Of a DNA stretch of 64,000 nucleotides, positions 11,651-25,322 are shown piece by piece. The notes under the pieces were generated by a model. It saw only the letters and a list, made by a program, of their open reading frames with translations, did not search any database and had not been told where the DNA came from. Each line of letters starts with the position of its first letter. Position 1 is the first letter of the stretch. This stretch comes from Chiloscyllium plagiosum (Eukaryota), in contig NC_057755.1 of assembly GCF_004010195.1 (NCBI RefSeq), forward strand, positions 5,625,474-5,689,473, given 5' to 3'. A program made the position numbers and the translations under genes.

Positions 11651-14600
11651 GATAGGAAGGTGACAACACAGGAGGATCCTCCCGGTTGTTCTGGCATGCC
11701 AATGTTTCCTGATTGAGGTGATACAGCTAAGGAGGAAACATTAACACTCCCCTCATCCCCCAACCCCGCAGCCTCGGCCCTACCTTCTACATCCACTGCA
11801 GCTGCTCTCGAGCCTGTGACTCACTGCACTAGATTCGTCTTGATCTGTCATCGGAACACCAGCCCTGCACCTCCCTAGATCAGTCCCTTCATAATATTTT
11901 TCACAGCCTGGGGACAAAGAGCCCCTCCCTCTGCAGCCAACCCCTGCCAATTGTCCACTTCGGACTGGTATCAATCCCCGGCTGCTGCTGATAACCAAGC
12001 AGAGTGGTTCATTCAAATCTGTCAAGGTTTCAGACCCCAGGAGCTGTGATTAATCATGGCCCACTGTCCGTCCTGCAAGGTACAGATAATTTCCTGCTGA
12101 TACCTGCGCTTCACCACCAGGATTGCCTTCCCATAGCGCCTGTCGGAAAGTGGGGCCACGACACCAGGGCTTGTCTGTTGCCTCGAAAAAGGGTCCAGGG
12201 TTCTTGTCCTCAGCAGACAACCTTCACTACCTCTAACCATTTCTCACAAACCCAAGCTAACTACCCGATCCACACAAGTGCAAAGCGTTTTTGGACAATT
12301 GCTCAAGATTGCTGCAGGGTGGAATTGACTATTCTGTATTGCTCCCGTTTGACAGGGAAACATGATCAGTAACTTTCTCACACCGTGGTACTAATATGGC
12401 TGGTAGATATTTGTTTATAGCAAAGCAAGGAGTCATAAGGTCCCTCTATGCTTTTTGGGGGTGGCCTATGTGTGAGAAAATACCTAATCAGGAAAATGGT
12501 TATATGAGTTCGAGGTTCTGTGAGAGATTGGATACTTCGATAAACTCTTTGTGGGATTTGGGCAACCTGGTAAATCGTTATACACGAATTAAAGGACATC
12601 CAGTTTACAGTTCTTGGCGCTTGTGATGGTGCGTACAATGTAAGCTTTCGATAAAATGGAGAATTGATTCCGAAACGATGCCTTTGTCAACAAAGGAGTG
12701 GAATGGACACAGAGAACTGACAAGCCATTTTTACCTGATGGCACTTCTAGTTGCGATCGCATAGAACAATCAGCAGAATTTTTTTTAGAAATCCCTTTGA
12801 ATAGGAAAAAGGAGCGAGGGTGGGGTGACAGACTTCTGGTTCTTGTTGTCACTGGACTGAGTGTTAACTCAGTGGTTTGTTATGAATCGCGCTTTGTTCA
12901 TTGGTGGTTACATGTGGTCTTATGTAAAATGTGTTTTCTTTATCCCCTAGAACTGGAGATCCGGGAATGTTTTGATTTCAGTCTGCATGTTGGAAATCAA
13001 TGGTGATTTTAAAGTGTAGTCTGTGCCGTTTATTACTTCAGATCGTGCGTGGTGAATGTTATTTCCCTTTGAGGGACTTTCTGTCCAGACTTGAATTGAT
13101 TCATGCTGGGCAAGGATCATTAAAAGTAAAATGGATAAAATTATCATGTTTGAATTTATCATGTCTGAAGTTTCGTTTTCCGTCCAGAGTGAATTTCCAA
13201 GTACTGATTCAACATTTAAGCTAATCTTTAATTTCAGATGACATAATTTTCTCATTGTACATGCACTTAGTGAAAATTGGAGTTGTGGAAATGTGGTTCT
13301 AAAATCTGAGAAAACTGATGAAGATGTGAGGGTGATGTTGCTCGATATTTAGGTATTGAAGTAGATGCAGGGCCCTTGCCCTTGTAAGTGCCATTTTAAC
13401 CAGGTTGCAACTATGTGTGGGATGACTGGTCTGTACCCACTGTGTAGGTCAGGAATCTAGGGACCTGTGATATGACCTTTTGTGAGCAGGCAGTGAACTT
13501 AATCTGGGAGACAAATTATGCGAAAAAGGGGAAAGTGCTAGTTGAAGAATGGGAAGATAAAGTAGATAGTGAATGGAAAGATACCTAACTGGCCAGTTGG
13601 GGGAATAATGCATGTGATAAGGGGGTAGATGCATGTAAGGCTGACTGTGGATGGGTAGACAGAAGGTGAAAAAGGAAACAGGAAATAAAGCATAAAGAAA
13701 CTAAGGCTGAGAAAGATACTCCTTGCTAGCTCTGATTTGACTAATAACTAGTAGGACACTCTTTACCTCCTCACATGTCTCCATTCATGGGGATGTGTTG
13801 TCCCACCCACTAAGGTTCGTAAAGGGCAATCATAAGTGAAAGTTTTGGGTATTTTGATCAATGCTACTGACCATTCCCTTACTCAGGAATGCATTATTCC
13901 CATCTTCCAAACCCTACTCCCTACCTCACCCAAATGGGATTGGTCAGCTTTTGCAGGCAGTGGCTTCAGACATTACAGCTTTTAATGAAGAGCTTATTCC
14001 ATATTCCTCTCCGAATGCTCCCCTTAAATTTTAGCTGGCCGATTCAGCAAAACAATCATTTTCTGCCATCAAAGATGCTTTGGCTGCAGCCCCAGTGCTC
14101 GGGTGCTCACAGCATGACAGGCCCTTTCAGTTGGATGTTCGTGTCATCGAAGAAGGTGCCACTGGTGTCGTCCCTTAGCAGCATGGTGACCGTCATCGGC
14201 CAGTGGTCGATTTTTCCACTAAATTGGATCCTGTTGCCAATGGCCCTCCTTACATCTCAGTAGACCCAGTACTTCACCCAAACTCATCTGAGCTTCTACG
14301 AGGTTTCGTTGTTACAAAACCCTTACCACTTGTTTCATTAGTGCTCCACATTACATCCTAGTACGTTCCTTGAGCAACCTCCTGGCGATCGTTCTGAACT
14401 CTTCTCCACCCCCGCCACGTTATTTTCTTCTTCCTCCTCGCCTGGACTTGACATACCTCCCAGTTGAGAATCCTGACCACAGGTATTATGTTGATGGTGG
14501 TTCCTCTGTTTCCCCGGGCAGTGTCCGGCAGTCAGGCTATGCTATAGCAACAGACACTGCTGTTCAGGAGTCTGCTGCCTTTCAAACCCCTGGCCCTGCA

Positions 14601-15375
14601 CAGAAAGCCGAACTTTTCGTCCTCACCAAAGCTTGTATTCTAGCCACTGATAAAATTTCTAACATTTACACCGATTCTACGTCTGCAATCAGTGTTGTCC
14701 ATGATTTTAGTCGCCTCTGGCAGCAACGAGGATTCCTTATTCCTGCAGGGACTCCCATTCAGAATGCTCTTTGGGTTCAGAATCTCCTCGATGCTATTCT
14801 GCTTCCTCGTCAATTAGCTGGTATTAAATGTACTGCACACAAATGAGGGACATTCCTTAAAATGGCGAAATTCCGTGCTGATACAACTGCTAAGGTGGTG
14901 GCTACATCAGCCATTTTCGTTGTTACAAATAACGGGAATTAGGCTTCAATTCAAGCAGCTACTTCAGGGTCAAGGGCAGGCCAGATCTAACTGCGATTCA
15001 AACTTGACAGAGGGATGCCTCCGAATCTGAACACCCACTTTGGAAGTCGATTGGGTGTTCACACTCCTCGACCCGATACCTCTGGCTAACACCAGTGGGT
15101 CAAGTCTGTATTCCTGTTTCTTTGTTCCCAGTGCTTATTGATGACTTGCATATTTGTACCCATCTTTGCAAGGAAGGAATGGTACAGCGACTTTTAAAAC
15201 CATGGTGGCACCCCGATTTTAATACAGCACGTCAAATGTGGCTGGATTGATGCCTTATTTGCACGTATAATAATAAGGGTAAAGGTATTAAATACCCTTC
15301 TGGGACTACACCCTTGCAAGATGGTCCTTTTTTCTGTATACAGCTTCATCTTATTGAATTACCTAAAGTACAATT

Positions 15376-16265
15376 TGGAGAGATTTGTAGCTCAGGTTGA
15401 GGTTCTGGATGTAGGTTTGCTTGATTAGCTGAAAGGTTCATTTTCAGATATTTCAGCACCATGCCAGGTAACATCATCACTGAGCATCCTGTGAAACACT
15501 GGCGTTATGGCCCGCTTTCTATTTATGTGTTCAGATATCCTTGGGTTGGTGATGTCGTTACCTGTAGTGATGTCATTTCCTGCTCTTTTTCTCAGAGGGT
15601 GGTCGATGGGGTCCAAATCGATGTGTTTGTTGATAGCGTTCCAAATGGAATGCTATGTTTCTAGGAATTCTTGTGCATGTCTCTGTTTGCCTTGTCCTAT
15701 GATTGATGTGTTGTCCCAGTGGTTTCCTTCCTCATCTGTATGCAAAGATACTAGTGATAGTGGGTCATGTCTACCCTGCTGGTTAATTTTCTGCCTGTTT
15801 GTCTAATGTAGTGTGTGTCGCAGTTCCTCGTGCATGTCTCTGTTTGGCTTGTCCTAGGATTGATGTGTTGTCCCAGTCAAAGTGGTTTCCTTTCCCATCT
15901 GTATGCAAAGATACTAGTGATATTAGGTCATGTCTACCCTGGTGGTTAATTTTCTGCCTGTTTGTCCAATGTAGTGTGTGTTGCAGTTCTTGCCAGGTAT
16001 TTCGTAATTAGCGTTTCTTTTGCTTGTTGTCTGTATAGGGTATTTCAAATTCATTACCTGCTGATTTGGCGTTGGTGGGTTTGTGGGCTGCCAAGGGGTC
16101 TGAGTAGACTGACAGTCATTTCTGAGAATTATTTGTTTTAGGGGAGAGCAGCTCGGGTTTTTTGCGAATGTTTTGTCTGCGTGTTTGTATTTGTTGCTGA
16201 GAAATCGACGGACTGCAATCATTGGGTACCCGTTCTTTTTGAATATGCTGTGTAGGTGGTTTTGT
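15376..16265 (-). mobile_element. Penelope-like element (GIY-YIG 3' part and pLTR) inserted in the ERV integrase
   Basis: Minus strand YEIPGKNCNTHYIGQTGRKL. The pLTR resembles 52330-52538. Internal ~158-bp tandem duplication (15670-15989). Confidence 0.85.
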
Positions 16266-16765
16266 NNNNNNNNNNNNNNNNNNNNNNNNNNNNNNNNNNN
16301 NNNNNNNNNNNNNNNNNNNNNNNNNNNNNNNNNNNNNNNNNNNNNNNNNNNNNNNNNNNNNNNNNNNNNNNNNNNNNNNNNNNNNNNNNNNNNNNNNNNN
16401 NNNNNNNNNNNNNNNNNNNNNNNNNNNNNNNNNNNNNNNNNNNNNNNNNNNNNNNNNNNNNNNNNNNNNNNNNNNNNNNNNNNNNNNNNNNNNNNNNNNN
16501 NNNNNNNNNNNNNNNNNNNNNNNNNNNNNNNNNNNNNNNNNNNNNNNNNNNNNNNNNNNNNNNNNNNNNNNNNNNNNNNNNNNNNNNNNNNNNNNNNNNN
16601 NNNNNNNNNNNNNNNNNNNNNNNNNNNNNNNNNNNNNNNNNNNNNNNNNNNNNNNNNNNNNNNNNNNNNNNNNNNNNNNNNNNNNNNNNNNNNNNNNNNN
16701 NNNNNNNNNNNNNNNNNNNNNNNNNNNNNNNNNNNNNNNNNNNNNNNNNNNNNNNNNNNNNNNNN
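16266..16765. other. Assembly gap
   Basis: 500 N. Confidence 1.
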
Positions 16766-17006
16766 TTCTTCATTCGCAGACTAAAAGTCGCATTGCCCAG
16801 GTAAGGAAGAGACAATCACCTCCCAATATCCAAGAGCAAACCAAGGGGATTATGTATTGGTTAATAATTGGGAAAGGAACAAATTGGAACAAAGCTGAAG
16901 CGGCCCCTTTCAAGTCTTACTAACAACATCAACCCCTGCCAAGATTGAAGGACACTCGAACTGGGTCCACCAATCTGCTGTTAACAAGATTGCTTCTCAA
17001 ACAGGA

Positions 17007-18260
17007 ATGAACACAGCATGAAGATTTTTTGGTAGTCTTTGGACTTTCTGAATTCTTTAACGGAGGTGGCCACTTGATATTGAAAAACTGGCCTACTCGA
17101 GAACTGCATGCAAATACTTATTTACATATGCCTTTTATGTATGCTCAAAATTTTAATATAAGTAAGTGCTGGTTTTGTACCCATGTCCTCATCTACTCAA
17201 GAGAAGGAATATCTCTTCAACTCCTCCCTTTCTTTCCACCAGAAACAGTTGATTGGATGCAACATCGGAATCACACAGGAGATAATGGGCACATGAGAAT
17301 ATCGGAATAGGCAGGTTATGAAATGACTACATTTTTGACATGATATCAGCCCGCATATAATCATGACTCAGTTCCTCTTTCCCTTATACTCCATTCAAGT
17401 AACGTTACAGGTTCCCTATATTCTAGAAATCCGTAAAGGGAAGGTGGATGGAGCAAAGCAGATGTGACCTCTCCTTTGACTGGCAAGGCCCAGAACTCAA
17501 CATTTCTGATAGTGCAATGTTTGACTGTAATCGGTCCAGAGTATGGAATATAACTTCTAATAGTCCATTGGTCTGTTCTGCCCTACAACCTTGGATGACA
17601 TTGGCTTATGGTTTTACAGATTATAATGGTATATGCCTTACATGGCTTCCAACTATTTGATTGGGATCCTGGTATGTGGGCTGTGTGTTACCTGACGTGC
17701 ATCATCTGACCTTCCTTAAGCAATAGCATCTACGAGCCAAAAGAGCCAATTCCAAAATAGTCCATTTCCTCATGATGTCCTTTCCAGTGTATGGAATGGG
17801 CTGGAAATCCGGTGAATTGATTCACATGGGTTCAGCATTGGAACACATGGCAAATGAGACAGTTTCAGAGGCCGGGGCAAGTGGACAAGCACTGACTGAG
17901 TTCTGAGTTGAACTTGTGGTTGTCCGGACCGTGGCATTGCAGAATCGAATGGATTTGCATTATCTGCTAGCTTCACCAGGAGGAGCGTTTGCTGCTGTTG
18001 GTCATGAGTGCTGTACTTACTTTACAGATACCTCGGAGGGTATCATCAACCTGGCAGACCATATCAAACAACATGCAGATCAAACACAGAGGGGTGGCAG
18101 GGAATTCCATAATTACAAGCCACCAGCTCGGTTGGGCCACAGAATATTTGATTGGATCATTAAGACCTTTTCACTGATATTACTATTGCTAATAGGAATA
18201 GGATTGTTTGCTTGTGCCGATGTATTTTCAATTAAATTATCAAGGTTCCTGGGTAACTGA
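17007..18260 (+). pseudogene. env: Gamma-type retroviral env pseudogene
   Basis: SU CWFC at 17167-17178. Furin site RAKR at 17733-17744. Immunosuppressive domain RTVALQNRMDLHYLLA, degenerate CX6CC (F-AAVGHE-CC) and hydrophobic TM anchor. Several stops and frameshifts. Confidence 0.88.
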
Positions 18261-18295
18261 TTGTCATGATATGACAAAAGGGGTGAATATTGAAT

Positions 18296-18595
18296 TGTGG
18301 GAAACAATCAAGATTGCCTGATGGGAAAATTGGCCACCTCCCGGGTTATAACACAATAATTTAAAGAACAGTGGCAAAAGGTAAGAAACAGTGCTGAACT
18401 TAGCCGACATGACACAGACTGAATTTATTAACCTTGCCCGAAACGTCGATTCTCCTGCCTGTCAGAATTTGATTAAACGGCTCCACACATGCTTTGAAAA
18501 TCTAATTTTAGCCAAAACAAAGGTATTCATATGCAAAAATAAAGTTATGTAATAACGTGTGTAACTTGATGTTTTGGAAAGTCAGTAGGACAACA
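18296..18595 (+). mobile_element. ERV 3' LTR, left part (split by L1)
   Basis: Follows the env stop and a purine tract AAAAGGGG at 18276-18283. Begins TGTGGGAAA and ends at the L1 target duplication. Confidence 0.6.
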
Positions 18596-21500
18596 GAGGA
18601 GGGGGAGGGGTGGATCAAAGATGGCGGCGATCTAAGAGGTCTGCTTTGCTGAGCTCTGCATCTTTGACCAAATGAGCACTCTCCCCTCCCCACTTCAATC
18701 ATTTCTATAATACTTTGATCTTTGAAGGTGTATTGAACCTAGTTATCCTTCATAATTTATAAAATTTGTTTTATCAAAGAAACTAAAGGTAAAGGCTCCA
18801 GCAAGTCCCATCACATGGCACACTCACCTGAGAAGTCAGACACCTCCACAGCAGCAACTACAGCTCCCTCCAGTAGTCCCTCGGAGTCGTCCCCTTACCA
18901 GACCCTGACTGCAAAGTTTGCAAAGCATTGAGAGATGATCGAGATGTCGGTCAAAGAGGAGCTCCACGCCAGACTAGACCCGATCTTGGCCATGCTCCCA
19001 AAAACACGAGGAGCAGCTGGAACGCTGGGGATGAACAACAGAAGAAGTTGAAAGGAGGACCACGATTTTGGAAACTGAGATCGATTCTGCAAATGAAAGA
19101 ATTTGAATACTGGAGAAACAGGTAATTACCTTACAGCAGCAGGACAATGACCTCAACAACAAAGACAATAGGAAGAACGTCAGTGTTTATGGGGCTGTCA
19201 GAGGGGGAAGAAGGTGACCAGCCAGTGAGATTCTTTGAAAGCTGGCTGTCTCGACTTGTGGGCATGGAGGCTGCATCTGACTGGATAAAAGCTGAAAGGG
19301 TCCATTGAGTCGCTTTGTGCAGCCTGGCTTCGAACAGCATCTTCACTAGGCCCTTGTGCAACTCCACAGCAAAAGAGTTAAAGTTAAAGTTATTGAAGCT
19401 TCCAGCATAAAGAGAAATGATCCACAGGCCTTAATCAAGAAAGGTTCAAAGATTATGTTGTTCCAGAACTTCTCTGCAGCTGTAATTCAGAATAGGAAGA
19501 CCTTTGATGAAGGCAAGAGAAGACTGACAGACCTTGGCATCCAGTTTTCCCTAAGGTACCCAGCAGTGCTTCGCTTTATGCGTGGTGTGTCGATGCATTA
19601 TTTTTCCTCCCCAGAAAATGTGATAAACGTTTGACCCCCCCAGAAAAAGTGATAAACTTTTTGAACACGATAAAATTGATCGGATAACTGATAGTACGTG
19701 GACAATACTATTTATTTTTTTCCTTTCCCTTTCTTCATTTATGTTTGCCAGGGGTTGTTGAACCACTTTTGTGATACTAATGAGTGATAATGTATATTTG
19801 GGGATGGGTAGAGGGTTTACTTTCAAATTCCTTGTTAATATAGTTTTCTTTCTGTCATTTTTCTTGGCCTAAGTCTGGGATGGGAGTCAAGCTGGAAGGA
19901 GGTATGATGGTATTTTTGAGATATGTAAGTGTCTCCTGTGGTCAGGGGGTATAACCCATTGTTATGTGATTTGTACCTGGTTTAATTTAGTGTACTTTGT
20001 ATTTGTAGATGCAGTTGGGCTCCAGGCTGAGTATTTACCATCTACCACCACTCTCTGCCTTCGACCGGTTAGCCAGTTTCCTATCCAATTGGCCAGATTT
20101 CCCTCTATCCCATGCCTCCTGACTTTCCGCATAAGCCTACCATGGGGAACCTTATCAAATGCCTTACTGAAATCCATGTACACGACATCCACTGCTCTTC
20201 CCTCATCCACATGCTTGGTCACCTCCTCGAAGAATTCAATAAGACTTGTAAGGCAAGACCTACCCTTCACAAATCCGTGCTGGCTGTCCCTAATCAAGCA
20301 GTGTCTTTCCAGATACTCATAAATCCTATCCCTCAGTACCCTTTCCATTACTTTGCCTACCACAGAAGTAAGACTAACAGGCCTGTAATTCCCGGGGTTA
20401 TCCCTATTCCCTTTTTTGAACAGGGATCCCTATTCCCTTTTTTGAACAGGGAATCCCTTTGTGCAGCCCGGCTTCGAACAGCGTCTTCAATAGGCCCTTA
20501 TGCAACTCCACAGCAATAGAGTTAAAGTTAGTTATTGAAGCTAACAGCATAAAGGGAAATGATCCACAAGCCTTAATCAACAAAGGTTCAAAGATTATGT
20601 TGTTCAAGAACTTCTCTGCAGCTATAATTCAGAATAGGAAGACCTTTGATGAAGGCAACAGAAGACTGACAGACCTTGGCATCCAGTTTTCCCTGAGGTA
20701 CCCAGCAGTGCTTCGCTTTATGCATGGAGTGTCGATGCATTCTTCTGCCTCCCCAGAAAATGTGATAAACTTTTGACTCCCCAGAAAAAGTGAAAAACTT
20801 TTTGAACACGATAAAATGGATCGGATAACTGAAAGCACGTGGACAATAGTGTTTCTTTTTTCCTTTCCCTCTCTTCATTTATGTTTGCCAGGGGTTGTTG
20901 AACCACTTTTGTGATACTAATGAGTGATAATGTATATTTGGGGATGGGTAGAGGGTTTACCTTCAAATTCCTTGTTAATATAGTTTCTTTCTCTCACTTT
21001 TCTTAGCCTGAGTCTGGGATTGGAGTCAAGCTGGAAGGAGGTATGAAGGTATTTTTGAGATATGTAAGTGTCTCCTGTGGTCAGGGGGTAGAATCCATTG
21101 TTATGTGTTTTGTACCTGGATTAATTTAGTGTACTTTGTTTTTGTAGATGTAGTTATTAGAATGTTAGATGTAGTCGTTTTAGTTTAGATTTTAGTTAAT
21201 TTTTAGATTTTGTGAAGATTTATTCAGCTATGCGCAGCAGCTAATAAGTCGAATCCTTACCTTTCGGAGAATGAATTATGTTATAGAGGGTCATGGCTAA
21301 TTTTGTCCTCAAATTGTGTACCTGGAATGTTAGAGGGATCCATTCACCAATTAAAGGGAAAATGGTGCTTTCCAGTCATTGAAAGGAGATGGTTATATTG
21401 CCCTATTGCAGCTGACTCAACTCAATCATCAAAAGCATTTGTAATTGCAGCAGTGTGGGCTTGATCGGGGATGTTTCTCTTTCTTTAATACTAGGAGCAG

Positions 21501-24500
21501 GGGGGGCGGCCATTCTCACCAGGAAGAATCTTCCATTTCAGTTGCTAGAACAGATGAAAGATGAGTCTGCGTACTTTATCATTCTTAATGTATCAGTACT
21601 TGGAGAAGAGTATCGTATCATAAATGTGTACTATCCCCCAGCGCACCCTCTTGAATTTCTGATAGACGCATTCTCAAAACTGATGGCTCTTACACCACAG
21701 CAGCTGATTAGAGGGGGAGTTTTTAATTGCCCTTTGTGGTATAGATTACCTAGACGACCATCATTACGCTCTCCAGAATCTAAACAGATGGTGGATTTAT
21801 GTGCAGAATTGGGATTGGAGGCGTCTCCACACCACGAGCAGGGACTTTACGTTCTTTTCTAGTCCACACAAATGTCAAACCAGGATTGATCTTTTCCTGG
21901 CCCCTCCATTATCCTTGAATTTGGTAACATCCTGTGTATTTGGAAATATCACTGTTTCGGATCATGCTGCAGTCTGTTTGGAGACTGAGCTTAAGAGTAG
22001 TGTGGTAGGCTTTCGACATTGGCGAATGGATCCCTTTATTCTGAGGGATAGTAAGTTTATTACATATTTTCTTAACAAGTTTAAGGTATTTTTATCCATC
22101 AATTCGGACATGGTCAGTAAGCTGTCCATTATTTGAGAGACAGCTAAGGTTTATGACAGGCTCATTTCTTACTCCACTGGTCAGAAACGACAGAAAGCGA
22201 AGAAAAAATGCCTGCTTAAGGCATATAAAAGACCACAGAGAAGGCATATTTTGATAAGCCATCATTGATTAAGTTGCAGTGGGTTACAGCTCTTCCTTGA
22301 ACTAACATTAACATAGACGGCAAGGAAGGATCTCTCCTTTGCGAAACAGTTTGAACATGGTGACAAGTGCGCAGGCATCTGTCATACTTTTCTAGGAGAA
22401 AGAATGCCCCCCAGGCCACTACCTCGATCAGAGATGAGAATGGGATGGTCACTTGTGACTCCAAACAGATCAATATAGCATTCCGGAAATTCTATTTTGA
22501 ACTATAGCAGTCTGATTTTGAGGATGAATGGGCTAAGATGGAGTCTTTCTTTAAGAACTTGGATCTTTCAAGAGCCACTCCTAAACAAGCATCTTTTCTC
22601 AATGCCCCTTTGACTGTACAAGAGGGACAGAAGGCTCTGAGACAGATGCAGAGTGGGAAGGCGCCTGGCTTTGAAGACCTCCCCAGTTAGTTTTATAAGG
22701 AATTTATAAGTATATCATCGGGACCAATGCTGGTCGTGTATAATGACTCATTTAGTCGTGATCATCTCCAACCATCCAATCTCTCATTCTTAAGAAAGGG
22801 AAGACTTCAGAGAAATGTGCCTTATCTAGGCCCATCTCACTTCTGAACTCTGATTTCAAAATTTTGCCAAAGGCTCTCGCTTAAAGATTCGAAACTGTGC
22901 TGCCTGCCATTGTTCGAAACGATCAGACTGGTTTGAGAAAGGCCATAGATCTCTAATAATGTCAGGAGGTTTCTGAATATGATAAATATGATTCAAGTTA
23001 GTCAGCAGCGTTCTGTTCAGAGATTAATGGTCTCCCTCGAAGCAGAAAAAGCATTTGATCGGGTTCAGTGGCCATACCTTTTGTTTATGTCCTGGAGCGA
23101 TTTGGATTGGGGAGGTTTTTATTATGTGGGTGAGGGTCCTTTATGGTGCTCCCTTAGTGGCGGTTCTCACCAATGGTGTGAGGTCTAGTAATTTTGATAT
23201 TTGTCGGGGCAGTCAGCAAGGCTGTCCTCTCTCACCAAATGCTTATCACGTTGGTGATCGAGCAGCTGGCAGAGGCAATCCGTAGGGATCCTAATAAAGT
23301 CACCCAAAAAGTAGGATCGAAGTCGCATAAGATCCCATTATATGCAGATGATGTTTTGTTTTTTTTCTGCTGGATCCACAGATTTCTGTATCCCATCTTA
23401 TACAATACATCAACTCTTTTGGCTCCTTTACATGTTACAAGATTAATTTCTTAAAATCAGAGGCTACGCCTATGGTGGGTGGTGGGGTGTCTTAGGAGAA
23501 TATCTGAGGTGGGGGTTGAACTATAGTTCCCTTTCAAATGATCACAGGAGGATTTTTCTTATTTAGGCATCTTTATTACTCTTATCTTTGATCAGTTGTT
23601 TCAGGCCAATTTTGCTCACTTGCTTGACAGGATTAAGCAAGATTTTCAGCGATGGGAAACACTTCCAATATCCTGGCTAGGCAGGGTATCTCTTATCGAA
23701 ATGAATGTTCTCTCCCATTTGCTCTATCTTATACAAATGCTTCCACTGACTTTCTCAAGGCAATTATTCGAGAGACTTAATGGAGTGTTTGGCTCTTTTA
23801 TTTGGCGCCATAGGCAGCTTCTTATCAAGTTGTCTAAACTACAGTTGTCTCGTGGTTGGGGGGAGTGGATTTCCCAGATATTAGACGAAATCAGTTAAAT
23901 TCTCCGCGCTCTTTGTTCGTGATTGGGCTTGTGAAGACCCGATATCAATATGGCTAGATAATGAGGCCTCCCAGTCAAAATGTCCCCTCATCAGCCTTTT
24001 ATTCTTGGATAAAATGAAGTCGATCCTGGAATATTGCCATAATTTGATTGTTATTAATACGTTTATAGCATGGAGGAGAATGCAGCAGAAAGAGGGTAAT
24101 ATGTCCAAAACATCATTTCGTACCCTGGCAGCGAGGGGAATATCCTGTTTGGCCAATTTGTTTCAAGGTGAAATAACGATGTCGTTTGACCAAATAATTT
24201 GTAAACATGGTCGAAATAGCAAAGCCCTTTTCTCCTTTTTCAGGTCAGCGATTTTATTCTGAAAGGGGCCATGCTCATGACCAACCGCTGTGGATAAATT
24301 ATGGAGAAGAGGGTACTTTACGCTGAAAGTACTCTCTTTACTAGTACGCTTTATCATATTCTGGGGGACGATCCTTCAGAAGACGATGAGCAGCTTGGCG
24401 AGGTATGGTAGAGGGAATTAGGGGTTGAGATTTCTATGGTAGCTTGGGGTCACATTTGTGAAAATGTGAGGAACATCTCGAGTTATAGCACCCATGCCAT

Positions 24501-25322
24501 ACAGCTAAAGATTTTGCATCGGATCCATTTGTCCAATCCAATCTCTCGAAGTTTAAGATGGGGGATCCTCCTTTAGTCCTAAGTGTAAGGCAAACATTGG
24601 TACTCTCACTCATTGCTTATGGTGTGCCACTGGCTCCATGTATATTGGAGTTCTGTGGCAAGCATTATACAGAGGGCCTTGAAGGATGAAGTTAAGATGG
24701 ATCCCTATCCCTCTTCTCGTGTGGGCCTACCCAATATACTCTCTTTGGATGAGAATGGGAAAAAATTGTAATATCCCACACTTTCTGCGCTTGGAAAAAT
24801 ATTTTAATGTGTTGGGTTTCTGACCACCCGCCTTCCACCCCGGTCTATTGGGTTTGCTTAGGCTTATTATGGAAAGCATCTCGCTGGACCTTTTTCACAA
24901 ACATGGTGCACCGCAAAAGAGAACATTTTTGTAGGATGTGGCACCCTTTTCTGGACTGCTCGGAAGGAGATTTATCTGTCATTTTAATAAGGGCTTTCGT
25001 GTAGCCACGGCATTCTGATTGAGTGTTCTAGATGCCTTGAAGGAAGAATTCGGAATATTTTGTGTACAATACTTAGTTCTCTCATTTTGTTGTGCTGAGC
25101 CTTATTGCCAGTTTATTTATTTACTCACCACCTTTATTGATTTTTCTGTTTTGCACATGGGTATAGTTGTATTTTGGTTGTTTTGTTGTTGCTGATGGGG
25201 GTTTTTTCTTCTTCTTTTTTTGTTGTTATTTGTATACAAAGTAATGTTTGCTGGTATGGTAATTTGTGTTTCTTTTTATGACTTTGTAAGAAAATAAAGT
25301 TTAATAAAAATATCTATAACAA
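18596..25322 (+). mobile_element. Full-length degraded L1 LINE (5' UTR, ORF1, spacer, ORF2 21293-25004, 3' UTR)
   Basis: 9-bp TSD AGGACAACA at 18587-18595 and 25323-25331. ORF1 FQNFSAAV..FSLRYPAVLR. ORF2 starts MANFVLKLCTWNVRG, then RID, SDH, SLEAEKAFDRV, QGCPLSP and YADD at 23341. AATAAA just before the 3' TSD. Confidence 0.92.
20017..20457 (-). mobile_element. Internal CR1 RT fragment between duplicated L1 segments
   Basis: Uninterrupted frame LFKKGNRDNPGNYRPVSLTSVVGK..SQHGFVKGRSCLT..YMDFSKAFDKVPH..SAWSP. No CR1 3' tail. Confidence 0.92.

Larger units (their letters stand above)
13740..16990 (+). mobile_element. pol: Degraded endogenous retrovirus pol (epsilon/gamma-like), interrupted by a Penelope-like element and a gap
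   Basis: RT thumb MGLVSFCRQW. Tether QHGDRHRPV..STKLDPVA. RNase H YYVDGGSS..AQKAEL..NIYTDS..VVHDF..WQQRGFL. Integrase HHCC at ~15150-15265 and C-terminal GPFQVLLTT..AKIEGHSNWVH at ~16900-16970. Confidence 0.88.

Noticed and set aside
12630..12830. Possible ERV gag N-terminus (WTQRTDKPFLPDGT)
   Set aside because: Only a faint resemblance to a matrix motif. No capsid, zinc knuckle, PBS or 5' LTR is recognisable.
15670..15989. ~158-bp tandem duplication in the Penelope fragment as a functional repeat
   Set aside because: Both copies share the same internal deletion, consistent with a local duplication in an already dead element.
16173..16815. Long ORFs over N runs (also 35340-36303 and 50429-51275)
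   Set aside because: Artefacts of translating through gaps.
17007..18260. Domesticated syncytin-like env
   Set aside because: Multiple stops and frameshifts, and the first Cys of CX6CC is lost.
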